A DNA stretch of 63,654 nt, filler included, from Microthyrium microscopicum (lineage: Eukaryota): assembly GCA_010405405.1 (NCBI GenBank). It is 11 parts of 5 records of this genome, joined end to end, with 100 filler letters (N's around TTAATTAATTAA, not from the genome) between each part and the next. Parts side by side here need not be neighbours in the genome. Positions count along the whole stretch, not along the records: positions 3,531 to 34,502 come from MU004243.1; positions 34,603 to 37,106 come from MU004244.1; positions 37,207 to 39,809 come from MU004245.1; 8 more parts are not named here. One strand, given 5' to 3'. The position numbers and the translations under genes are program-made. The notes below the pieces were generated by a model that worked only from the letters and a program-made list of their open reading frames with translations, had not been told where the DNA came from and made no database searches. This document shows, piece after piece, positions 26,501-38,120 of the stretch (position 1 is its first letter; every line of letters starts with the position of its first letter).

Positions 26501-28773
26501 CATTAGTAATAATATATATACGTAGCTATAGTAAAGCGTTTAGTATATTATATACTAGGTAAGAGGCATTTAGAAAAGTAAGTACTACTTAGTATAAGGT
26601 ATTACTATTACTATCTACGCTTAAAGAGGAATAGTAGTTAGAAAAAAGAGGAATACAAACCTTAGTAAAAGTAAGTATAGAGGATAGTATAATATTACGC
26701 TAGTCATTATTACGTTAAATTAATATAAATATATAGTTAGAAAAGTTAGCTAGTAAAGATATAAAGTTTTAGAGTATTTAAAAGCAAGGGATTAAAGTAG
26801 TTATATTACGAAAAAGTCCTATTATTATAATTATAAAAATGGAAGGAGGTAAAAGTTTATTATTTATATTACTAGCGTTATATAAAAGTAGAGGAGTTAA
26901 GGATATAACTATTATTATTATTCTATTTATTACTTTAGAGAAGAATATAATAACGAGATATAGAGATTTATAAATTAATACTATAGAGTAAAACCCTAAA
27001 GGTTAGCAAGATTAGGTAAATATTATTTTTATAATACTAAAGGCGGCTATAGGAAAGGCTTTTTTATAGTTTTTAACTAAGCAAAAGTAAATTAGTTAGT
27101 TAGATAGGATTATATTTAATAAGTATTATACAATATTAGATGCTATAGCGCTAAAGAAGTAGAGGGAAAAGATGCTAGATTTATAGCTATTAATTAAGTA
27201 AGAGATATAAATAGTTTACTTAATAGCGATATTGCTACTAAGGGATAAAGAAACGTTTAAATAAGTAATAGGTTTAATAAGTATTAATCTAAAAACTATT
27301 ATATAGCTATAAGAGTTAATAATACGTAAGAATATTACGTATAAGGTTTAAAAATAGAACTAAAAGCAAGAGAAAGAGGTAGAAGTTTTAAAGTTAGTAG
27401 TAAATAAGTTATTAGTTAAGTATAAAGAAGAGTAAGGGAAGATTATTATATATATTAGTAGGTCTATAGGAATAATTTAAAAGATAACAAATACGTTAGG
27501 CGTAGTGTATTATTATTAGACGTTATTAAAGGATATAAAGAAGAAGACATTAGAGTAGTTAATATAAAGAAGCGTATAGGTGTTTATTTATTTAAGTATA
27601 ATAGGGGTAGGTATTAATAGGCTACTAGTTTATATAGTTATATATCAAGGTAGGACGAGAATAATATAAGACTATATATAGAAAAGTAGATAAGTAGGAA
27701 GGTAAGAATAACTAAGTAAGGTAATTATATTATATTAGGTTATAAAGAATGTTTAAAGAAAGGAGCAAGATAGGTTAGATAAGTAGGCTAAGAAAAATAT
27801 AGTAAAGTTAATCTAAACTAAGCACTATTAGTAACGTATAATTAACTTAGTACTTAATAGTAATTAGACTAGATAATGATATTAAGAAGATAAAGAGAGA
27901 TATAATAATTACGACGCTAAATACTAAGAACGTAGAAGAGAGGTAGCTTATTTAAGTAAAAATAGATAAGTATAATAAAGATATTAGTAAAACTTATTTA
28001 TTTAATCTATTACGATAGCAAAGCAAATACAACCCTATTAGTTTCTAGAAGAATAAGATTAAATTACAAATAATATATAATAAGAGTTTATATAAATTCT
28101 AAAAAAAGATTATAACGACTTTAAATACGCTACATTATTACAAAGAGCCTAAGTATAAGAAGAGTAATAAAGAGATAATAAAATTACTAAGGAGAAGTAA
28201 GGAATAGTAGATATATTTTAAAAATAGAAAAATATTAGCTATTAGTTTTGTATAGTAGTTAGAGGTTATAAGGAAGGAAAAAGAATACTATTACAAGAGT
28301 ATTAAGGCTATATATTAAATAGCTACTAAAGACTAGACGCTTAATTAATTAAGAAGAGGGTAGCTAAGGCTAAAAAAGCTTATAAGGACAAAAGAAATAC
28401 GTAAGCTATATAGACATTACTTATATATTATTTTATATATAGTACGCTATAAGAACTTTATAATAGCTAGACTTTAATAAGATATAGTTATTTTAAAAAG
28501 AAATCTAGCTAAAAGAATATATAGACCTATTAATATAGTAGGCTTATTATTAGAGTTATTATAGTATTATTATATATTTATTAAGACGAGACTTCTACTT
28601 AGATAATAGAAGAAATATAAAAGGAAGGAATTATAAACGTAAAAGCTATAAAGTAGATATAGTTAGGAAGTAGAAGAATATTATATAAGATTAAGTATAA
28701 TTAAATAGTAGAACTTATAATAAAGTTTAAAGGATATATAATTACGTAGTAAGATATATATAAAGCTAAATAG
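23560..28773 (+). pseudogene. RIP-inactivated telomere-linked RecQ-like helicase (DUF3505/OrsD-like N-terminus + tyrosine-recombinase-like region + SF2 helicase + Zn-binding C-terminus)
   Basis: One frame at every point checked. Raw > de-RIP readings: VIVYSKYSYIV > VIVCSKCGYAV (~23605); YITSS*LA*GIE > HMTSGQPARGTE (25714-25749); MEGGKSLLF > TGGGKSLLF Walker A (26839); FNKYY > FDECH (27115-27129); LIAILL > LTATLP (~27220); *KSR*VGR > QESGRAGR (27679-27702); CRR...C...CDNC (~27826-27912). Start and stop inferred. Confidence 0.93.
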
Positions 28774-28946
28774 TAATCTAAGAAGCACTAGGCTAAAGGT
28801 TATAGTAAACGCATATATTATACTTTAATTAGATAACAATAAAATACTATATATATTAAATAATAATACAAGTATAGATTAGCTTATCTATATAGATAGT
28901 ATCTAAATATAGTTTAGTATATAATACTATATATATAATAGTTTTA

Positions 28947-29898
28947 ATGCAGACATTTAGCTAAGGCAAAATTTAATAGATAAGCTTAAAAAAAACTATA
29001 TAAAATGTAAGAAGTTCCTACCTACAAATTATTAAACTTAATAACAAAAAGTATTATTTATATTAAGGATAATATTACTAAGTTAGTAACTACTACTATA
29101 TAGTATTATAAAGAAATTATAATAGTTATAAGCAGAAATTAATAAGGCAATATTAGAAGGACTTTATAAGAGTTAACTATAGTAAGAACGAGGCTTTATT
29201 ATAGACTCTAAAGATAAAACTAATAAAGAATCTAGTAATCTAGATAGATTTATAGTATCTAATAATAAAGAAAAATATAATAAAGAGCAAAACGAAGAAT
29301 AAAAGTATAAGTAAGAGTAAGGAGAAGAGAATAGTAAGAAATATAATATAAGGTACGAGGAGAATAATAAGAATAACTCCTATTTACTAAGTATTATAGA
29401 TAATAGTACTAAGAATACTACAAAATACTAGCAGCATAATTAACTATAATAGTAGAAATATATTATTTTTTTATTATTACTATCCTAATACGAAAGCAAG
29501 TAAAAAGTAAGTACTAATAACATCCTAGAAAATAAGACTAAATTAGCTAATTTATAATATTCTATACGAAATAGGAATTACGTAGAAGAAGACTAAATAG
29601 TAATAGAAGTTATAGTATTTTAAATAAAACAAATAAACGAAGCTTAAATATAAGAATAATATATTATATAGCTTAAAGAGCAATTAGAACAAGTTCGTAT
29701 AAATAAGAAATATAAGTTTTATATAATAAGAAAAGATATTATAAATAGAGATAAGTATAAATAGATAGACTATATATAAGAATAAGCTATTAAAGAAGGT
29801 ATTTAAAAGGGAATTAATTTTAGGCTTTAGGAAGGAATATAACTATTAATTTAAGCAAAGAATATAAATAGTTATAATATATATTATATACCTTATAG
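28947..29898 (+). pseudogene. Unknown acidic / coiled-coil protein relic
   Basis: Frame from ~29130 de-RIPs to GFIVDSEDETDEESGDLDGFIVSDDEEEYDEEQDEE..., followed by a Q/E/K-rich helical region; 5' end uncertain. Confidence 0.55.
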
Positions 29899-30210
29899 TA
29901 TATATAATTATTAAATTTTAGTTAATAGTATTAACTAGCAAAAATCTAAGAATAATAGCTATATTTATAAAGAATAGATTTTAAGAATAATTATTATAGC
30001 TTTAATAATAAACTTAGAGAATATTTAAGACTAAGTATATATATAAGTTAAGAGAAGTAGATTTATAAATAGTAAAGTTTTTATATAGTTTTCGTAACAT
30101 GTAATAATTAGTAATATAGATTCTAATAATTATATTTAAATATTTATATATATAGTTAGTAAAGATACTTAAAATTAAAAAAGAAAAAGTAAAATATCTA
30201 GTAGTAATAG

Positions 30211-31093
30211 AGTGTACTAGCTTCTATTAAATGCAATAGCTACTACTAAGTACGATAGCTACTACTAAGTATAATAGCTCCTATTAAATGCGATAGCTAC
30301 TACTAAGTGCAATAGCTACTACTAAGTATAATAGCTACTACTAAGTATAATAGCTACTACTAAGTATAATAGCTCCTACTAAGTGTAATAGCTCCTACTA
30401 AGTACGCTAGCTTTCATTAAATACGCTAGCTTCTATTATACTTACTAGCTCCTATTAAGTATAATAGCTTCTATTAAGTATAATAGCTCCTATTAAGTAC
30501 GCTAGCTCCTATTAAGTACGCTAACTCCTATTAAGTATAATAGCTCCTATTAAGTATACTAGCTTCTATTAAGTACGCTAGCTTCTATTAAGTGTGCTAG
30601 CTTCCATTAAGTGTGCTAGCTCCTATTAAATATAATGACTACTACTAAGTATAATAGCTACTACTAAGTGTAATAGCTCCTACTAAGTATAATAGCTCTT
30701 ACTAAGTATAATAGCTTCCATTAAATATAATAGCTCCTATTAAATGCGCTAGCTTCCATTATACTTACTAGCTTCCATTAAGTATAATAGCTTCCATTAA
30801 GTGCGCTAGCTCCTATTAAGTACGCTAGCTTCTATTAAATATGCTAGCTTCTATTACACTTACTAGCTTCTATTAAGTATAATAGCTCCTATTAAGTACG
30901 CTAGCTCCTATTAAGTACGTTAGCTCCTATTAAGTATATTAGCTTCTATTAAGTGCGCTAGCTCCTATTAAGTACACTAGCTCCTATTAAGTACGCTAGC
31001 TCCTACTAAGTACAATAGCTCCTATTAAATACGATAGCTCCCATTATACTTGCTAGCTCCTATTAAGTATAATAGCTCCCATTAAGTACGCTA
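30211..31093 (+). repeat. 19-bp minisatellite, ~46 copies (GCTAGCTCCTATTAAGTAC / AATAGCTCCTATTAAGTAT)
   Basis: Units at 30501, 30520, 30539, etc. Confidence 0.97.
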
Positions 31094-31313
31094 AATCCAT
31101 TCTAAGGATCCAGTATAGAGAGGACTAAAAATTAGCTATTAATAACTTTATCTATTACGAAAAAAGGACTAGCAAGAATAAGGTAGAGATCGTTTGTAAT
31201 TTAAAGTTTATAAGCTAGTTTAGGGTCTATATATTAGGAGAAATAGTAATAGTACTTGTAAGGATAGTCGTAGTAGTAGTAATTAATATTAAAGTAGAAG
31301 TATAGATTCTTAC

Positions 31314-32992
31314 TAATAATAGGAGGAGGATTAAGAGATTAAATAGCCTTTATTATTAATTTTTTTATTACGCCAATTATCTAATGTCTTTATAATAGAC
31401 TTTATAAATTAGCTCTACACCTTAGGTAGAATAGCGTTTCTAATCTACTTTATCTTTTAAGTCTTGCCTTTTATAAAAATATAATTAGGAGAAAACTCTT
31501 AATAGTAGCTAATTTCCTAGGAACTAAGAGCTTATTAGCTATCCTAATAACTAGCCCTATTAGCTTTAGTAGTAATGTAGCTAAGTTAAGTTTTTATTTT
31601 TAAGTTATAAGAAGTCCTAGGTACATTATACTAATTAAGCATAGTATAATAATAGAAAGCATTATAAGGAATTCTTCTATAGACGTCCTAGACTATTATA
31701 TATAGAAGAAGACTAGAGCCTAATAGACTATAAGTAGAGGAAAGAAATACTAGCATAGGAACCTAATATTAGTTAGTAATAGTAATAAGTCGTTTTTATA
31801 AGCTTATAAGACTATAGTTAGTAAATTAATATACTTACTATTATATATTATAGCCTTAGTTAAGTATATTAGAAATAATTATCTAAAAGAAGTATTTAGC
31901 TTTCTCTATACTCTTAAGGCTAAAAGTATTTTCTTAAGTATAGTAAAGAGGTTATATAGTTTTTAAATAATGCTTTATAGCTAAGATAAGTACGGAATTA
32001 ATTTTATTATTTTACTAGCCTTAAGTTATTATAGCAACTATATTTATAAGTAAGAAGGCCTAGTATAGCTAAGAAGTATATATTATATTAACTTTATAAT
32101 AGTAGATAATTTTAAGCGCTTTAGATTAGTCTATATAAAAGATAAGAAAGCTATTATAGTTAGCTCTTAAGCTCTCTACTACTAACTAGTCTTTATTAAA
32201 CGCCTATATAACTTAAGCGCCTACTATTTTTACACCTATAATATTACTACTAGTACTAGCGTATCTAGATCTATACGTTATTTCTTTTTCTTAATATTAA
32301 ATAGCCTTAGAACGATTAAAAATTTTGTATCTTTCTAATAGAAGACAATTAGAGTAAGTAGAATGTAATTTAGAGAAATAAATATAATAAATCTTTTCTC
32401 CTACTAGCTTTTTCTTCTTCTAAATATTTTCCTAAACTATAAAGTAAATAGTACGGTAGAAAAGTAGGCTATTACGCTTAAGGAACTCCTTATTAAAGAG
32501 TTTTTTTATTATAATACTCTTAGGATTATAGGTAGGCTAAGCATTATAGGATTTAATAACTTCTTACTTTTATAGCTTATTGCTATTAATTAAAACTTAT
32601 AAGATAGGAACATTATTATATTACTACTCTTTTTTATACTTAGTATCTTAGTCTTAGATATTTCGTTTTAATATTACTTCATTAATATATATATAGCTAA
32701 CTTTAAAAAGATAAACGGAATAGCAAAATAATTATCTATAGAGGAATACGCCCTTCTTCTTACGAATTATTTAGATAACCTTTAGTATATCGCCTTACTT
32801 ATAGTCTTATAGTTAGAGCTCTAAAGTATTATTTAAGGTAATAGTCTATTCTTAAGAAGTATAAAAATCTAGAAACGACTTAGTAAACTACCTAGCTTAA
32901 GGTACTAATTAAGCTAAGGTTATTGTAAGCTAAACCTACATTGTCTTAATAATCTCTAAGTCTAAATTACTATTACTACTATTATCTATTAT
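31314..32992 (-). pseudogene. RIP-inactivated Masc1/RID-like C5 DNA cytosine methyltransferase
   Basis: One continuous intronless frame with motifs in order (raw > de-RIP): I TYRSRYASTSS > TYGSG(C/Y)AGAGG (32278-32246); II AFNKD > AFDKD; IV YTS*LY*AF > HASWPCQAF (PC at 32068-32063); VI *ENTF (EN at 31933-31928); VIII NYSL..*KRL > DYGL..RKRL; FLSSTYSLLGSSLL > FPSSTHGPSGSGLL; IX S*EI..*EF; X K*IRNAILP > KQIGNA(I/V)PP (~31450-31424). The C-terminal tail may run on toward 31100. Confidence 0.9.
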
Positions 32993-33166
32993 AACTACGT
33001 TATATAAGAATTAGTTAAAATTAATTTCTTTATTTAAAATATCTAATAGAATAATACTTAGGCTTCTATAAGTCGTCTTATTTATAGTAAGAGCTTATAA
33101 AAACAATCTATTAATTTTAGTAATTTTATTAGGTTTAGGCGAACTAGTTAAGTTAATAAAAACTCG

Positions 33167-34072
33167 TTAAATATAATAGCTACTACTAAGTGCAATAGCT
33201 ACTACTAAGTATAATAGCTACTACTAAGTGTAATAGCTCCTACTAAGTGTAATAGCTCCTACTAAGTACGCTAGCTTCTATTAAATATACTAGCTTCTAT
33301 TATACTTACTAGCTCTTATTAAGTATAATAGCTCCTATTAAGTATAATAGCTTCTATTAAGTACGCTAGCTCCTATTAAGTACGCTAGCTTCTATTAAGT
33401 ACGCTAGCTCCTATTAAATGTACTAGCTTCTATTAAATATACTAGCTTTTATTAAGTGTAATAGCTTCTATTAAGTGTAATAGCTCCTACTAAGTATGCT
33501 AGCTCCTACTAAGTGTGCTAGCTCTTATTAAATACAATAGCTTCTATTAAGTATAATAGCTCCTATTAAATATAATAGCTTCTATTAAATGTAATAGCTT
33601 TTATTAAGTACGATAGCTCTTATTAAGTATAATAGCTCCTACTAAGTACAATAGCTTCTATTAAATATAATAGCTACTACTAAGTATAATGGCTTCTATT
33701 AAGTACGATAGCTTCTATTAAGTATAATAGCTCCTATTAAGTGCACTAGCTCCTATTAAGTGCGCTAGCTCCTATTAAGTACGCTAGCTCTTATTAAGTA
33801 CGCTAGCTCCTATTAAGTACAATAGCTACTATTAAATATAATAGCTACTACTAAGTATAATAGCTTCTATTAAGTATAATAGCTCCTATTAAGTATAATA
33901 GCTCCTATTAAATATAATAGCTCCTATTAAATGTAATAGCTTTTATTAAATACGCTAGCTTCTATTATACTTACTAGCTCCTATTAAGTATAATAGCTCC
34001 TATTAAGTGCGCTAGCTTCTATTAAGTATACTAGCTTCTATTAAATGTAATAGCTTCTATTAAATACGCTAG
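33167..34072 (+). repeat. 19-bp minisatellite, ~47 copies, same unit and orientation as 30211-31093
   Basis: Directly visible; shares the order of variant units with the first array. Confidence 0.97.
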
Positions 34073-37000
34073 TAGGTACTAATTAGTAATAATACTAATA
34101 TAATAACTAGTATCTACTATTTTCTAATACTAGTATTTAAAATCTAATAAAAAATTATAAATTTAATTAAACTATTTTTTTATATAACTTTAAGTTTTTA
34201 ATAATATATTTTTAGGTTTATAACTAGTAATTACTACCTTTAGTTTTAATTTATTTTTTTCTATACTTTTAATAATTCTACTAGTCTAATACTAGAATAT
34301 TATTAAATTATATTTATAATTAGACTATATAACTTACTATTAAGTACTAAATTAATAGTTAAATTCTTAAATATTAAATATCTCTAGAACTATAGCCTAT
34401 ATAGATAAAATAAAAGAAGTATTAGAATTCTTATAAATAAACTAATCTAATAATATAATATTTAGCCTATATTTATAACTAGTATTAAATACTAATAAAT
34501 ATNNNNNNNNNNNNNNNNNNNNNNNNNNNNNNNNNNNNNNNNNNNNTTAATTAATTAANNNNNNNNNNNNNNNNNNNNNNNNNNNNNNNNNNNNNNNNNN
34601 NNATTATATATATAAAACTAATAAATTATAAAATAATTAATATAATATAAATAATAAAGTATAATAAAGATAAATTTAAATACTAAATATATAATTATAT
34701 ATATAAATATTTAAAATCTATTTATTAATATAAGCTTAAGATATTACTTTTATTTAAAATAAATTAATAATAAATTATATTAATAACTTTATATTATAGT
34801 ATTACCTTATATTATTAAACTTTTAGAAAGTATATATATTAGAATAGTATATACTTTTAATTACTATATATTTTAGCATAGGTTAGATATAAGTAAAAAG
34901 TATAATAGCATTTTAGGTTACTTAAAGAATAAAAATTTATAAAAGAAAAGAAAATAAGTTTTTTAGTATATATTAAGGCTATAGTTTTAATTTAACTACT
35001 ATATAAAAATAAATATATACTTAGCCTAGTAAATCTTTTACTTTATAATAGTCTAAATTTAGGTCTAATATATACTAAGCCTAGATATTAGTCTTATACT
35101 AAGATAGTAGTAAAGTAAAATTATAGATATTAAGTACGTACTTATTATTAATAATATCTTTTTCCTTAATAGTAAAGCTAACTTTAGTATATATTAGCAA
35201 TTTATCTCTAGCTCCTTAGATATATTCTTTAAATATAATTTAGGCTTTTATAGTTAATACGTACTCTATATAATAAGACTTAGACTTATTAAAAACGTGC
35301 TAGCTAATAGCTTTTAGCTTATACTTAGCTAGCTTATACTTAAGCTTAGCCTTAAGCTTAGTATAGGCTAAGATTAAGGCTTTATACTTTTTTAGCGCTA
35401 TAAGCTTCTTATTATAATAATACTTAGCTTAAGCTTAGCTATAAAATTTTAAAAAAAACTTAGAGTTAGTATATACTTAGTAATAAGATTTTAAAGAAGC
35501 CTTAAGCTTAGTATAAGCTTAGCTCTTATAGGAATAAGTAAGTAATAAAGTAATAATCTTATTATTTTTAGACTCTACTTATAGTATTAATATATACTTA
35601 GTATAAGATTATTAAACTTACTATATTTAGGAGTAAAAGAAGAAAGTAAAGTAATAGCTCTTTACTAGGTTAACGTTAGTATATACTTAGCTTAAATTAA
35701 GTAAAGGTTTAACTTATATTATATATAAATTTAGTATAACTAAGCTTATAGTAATAAAATAAGTAAGTACTAATAAGTTTATAAAAAGCAAAATTATTTT
35801 TTCTACTTAAGTTTAGTATATATAAAGCCTATATAAGTATTTTACTTACGCTAAATCTTTTAACTTATTATAAATATTAAAGATTAGAGAATTATTATAA
35901 ATATAATTATTTATATTAGTCTAGTATATATAATATATAGGCTATACTTATTTAAGCTTATTAATAAACTACTAAAATTTCTAATTCTAGACTAGAATTA
36001 TAAAAGTAAAGATATTATATATAGTTAGTATATATAAGCTCTAAGTAAAAGTTATACTTACTAATAAGAAGCGTTAACCTTAATAGTAAACTAGTTAGAT
36101 AACTTAGTATCTTTAGCTACTAATAAAGAATAAGTACGTACTAAATATAAGTAAAATAGACTTACTAAGGCTAAGGTATTAAACTTAGTAGTAGTAGTAA
36201 AGCTACTTAATTAGTAATAAGTTAAGTATAGATAAAGTATATATATACTTATAAATATCTTAATAATATAATTATAGATTATACTTTCCTTATTAATATA
36301 CTAATAGCTATTTAGGTTATAGTTAGTATATGCTAGTTTTATATAGTAATTAAACTTATAGGCTTAAAATTATAGAGAGCTTAACTAAATTAGTAAAAGG
36401 CTTATTATTTTCTATTTAAAGGTTAGTATAGCTCTTATATATACTAAGCCTATATCTATATTATTATAACTATTACTCTATTCTTTATAACTATTATAGC
36501 TACCCTATTAATTTAGTTTAAGTAAAGTATAATTAGTTTTACCTATTATAAGCTTAGTATATACTAACTATAGCCTTAATATAAAAACTTACTTATTAAT
36601 AGGATATATTTAGGATTTAAGTATTTAACTAAACTTATAAGTATAACGTTAGTATAGGCATAAAAAGGGCTATAATACGTACTAAACTTACTATAAATAT
36701 ATTCTTATTTTAGGTATATATTTCTAAGAGGGTTCTTAAAGATTTTATAGTACTAGTCTATACTACGTATAATTTTAGCTTAGGCTAAGAAATTAAGATA
36801 AATAGTTATTATACTTAAGATAAGCTTAAGCTAAAGATATAAAATAGTTAAAGAAGTAAAGAAGAGGTAATACTTTAAGTAGACTATAAATATAAGCTTA
36901 GCCTATATAGATTATTATTATGCTAGTAGTAAATATAAACGTAATATATAAATCCTTACTTTTTAAGGTTTTATAAAGTTAATATAGATTAAAAAAGAAA

Positions 37001-37849
37001 GAGGAATTAATCTTATGTATAATATATACTAATTAAGGTAAATAGTTTAAGATTAATTACTATATATATACGCAAAAGTAAGCTAGTACTACTTAATAAG
37101 ATAAATNNNNNNNNNNNNNNNNNNNNNNNNNNNNNNNNNNNNNNNNNNNNTTAATTAATTAANNNNNNNNNNNNNNNNNNNNNNNNNNNNNNNNNNNNNN
37201 NNNNNNTAATAATAATAGTTTTATAGAATAATTCTAAGAAATTAATCTTTTAGTATAATGATGCTTTTTTTAGCTTTATTATAATACTATATAATAGTAT
37301 AATCTATATAATAAAGAATAATAAGAATAATATATAACTCTTTATAGCCTATTATAAATAGGAATAGTAGAAAAGTAAGAATAATAATTAATAGTATAGT
37401 AAAGTCTTAACTAAGAATTATTAGTAATATAACTTTATATAAGCTTAAGCCTATTTTATATCTAAGAAAGAGCTTAATAATAATTTTAGTCTTTTAGGTT
37501 AACTTTCTATATAATTATTTATTATTTATATAGTATATAATATAAATTAAATAATAAGAGATTTTAAATTATAGCGTAAATATATTAAATTTTTTATAGC
37601 TTTAATTTAAAAGTATATACTAATCTTAGGAAAAGCTATAAAACTTATATTTAATAAGCTATTAGGTTTTATATTATTTAAGCTAACTATAAAGTTAAAA
37701 GTATATAAACTAAATAAACTATTAACTATTATATATATAGTTCGTTATAAGTACTTAAAGTATTCTAATTATTATTAATTAAATTTATACTCTAATTATA
37801 ATAATTATATTAAAATATATAACTTAGTTATCTTTAGTAAATAAGGAAT

Positions 37850-38120
37850 TAAGGTAGCTAAAGCTAAAACTATAGTAAGATATAAAGCTTTAAAGAGAAA
37901 GAATAAAGAGCTTTATAAAGCTTAGATTAAAGTTTATCTTAAGAAGCTTACTAATAAAGTAAAAAGAATAAAGCGTAGTAATAAAAAAGAAGTAAAAAAT
38001 AGAGAAAATAGACTAAATAATAATAGAGAGAATAAGTAAAAGATTAATAAAGATAGTAAAAAAGAGACTAGTAATAATAGTAAAAAAGATAGTAGTAATA
38101 ATAGTAAAAATATATAGTAA
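37850..38120 (+). pseudogene. Acidic C-terminal tail of an unknown gene relic
   Basis: Plus-strand frame KVAKAKTIVRYKALKRKNKELYKA*IKVYLKKL..., then K/N/S-rich text consistent with RIP-converted E/D/G codons. Confidence 0.4.

Larger units (their letters stand above)
16260..34072. mobile_element. Candidate ~18-kb recombinase-helicase (TLH-type) element with methyltransferase cargo; boundaries approximate
   Basis: Gap-free block that retains more CA/TG than its flanks. Contains the TLH-like gene, a C5-MTase, a branched palindrome and several tandem arrays. No TSD or terminal repeat found. Confidence 0.55.

Noticed and set aside
23560..28773. Starship captain (DUF3435) or Crypton assignment
   Set aside because: The recombinase-like motifs lie inside a DUF3505 + RecQ architecture, the gene is internal to the block rather than at its edge, and no DUF3435-type motifs or TTAC-type boundary were recognised.
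31763..31838. GTAAGT...CTAAC...TAG apparent intron in the methyltransferase
   Set aside because: The segment reads through in frame and encodes motif VIII (DYGL..RKRL); the splice-like signals are RIP by-products.
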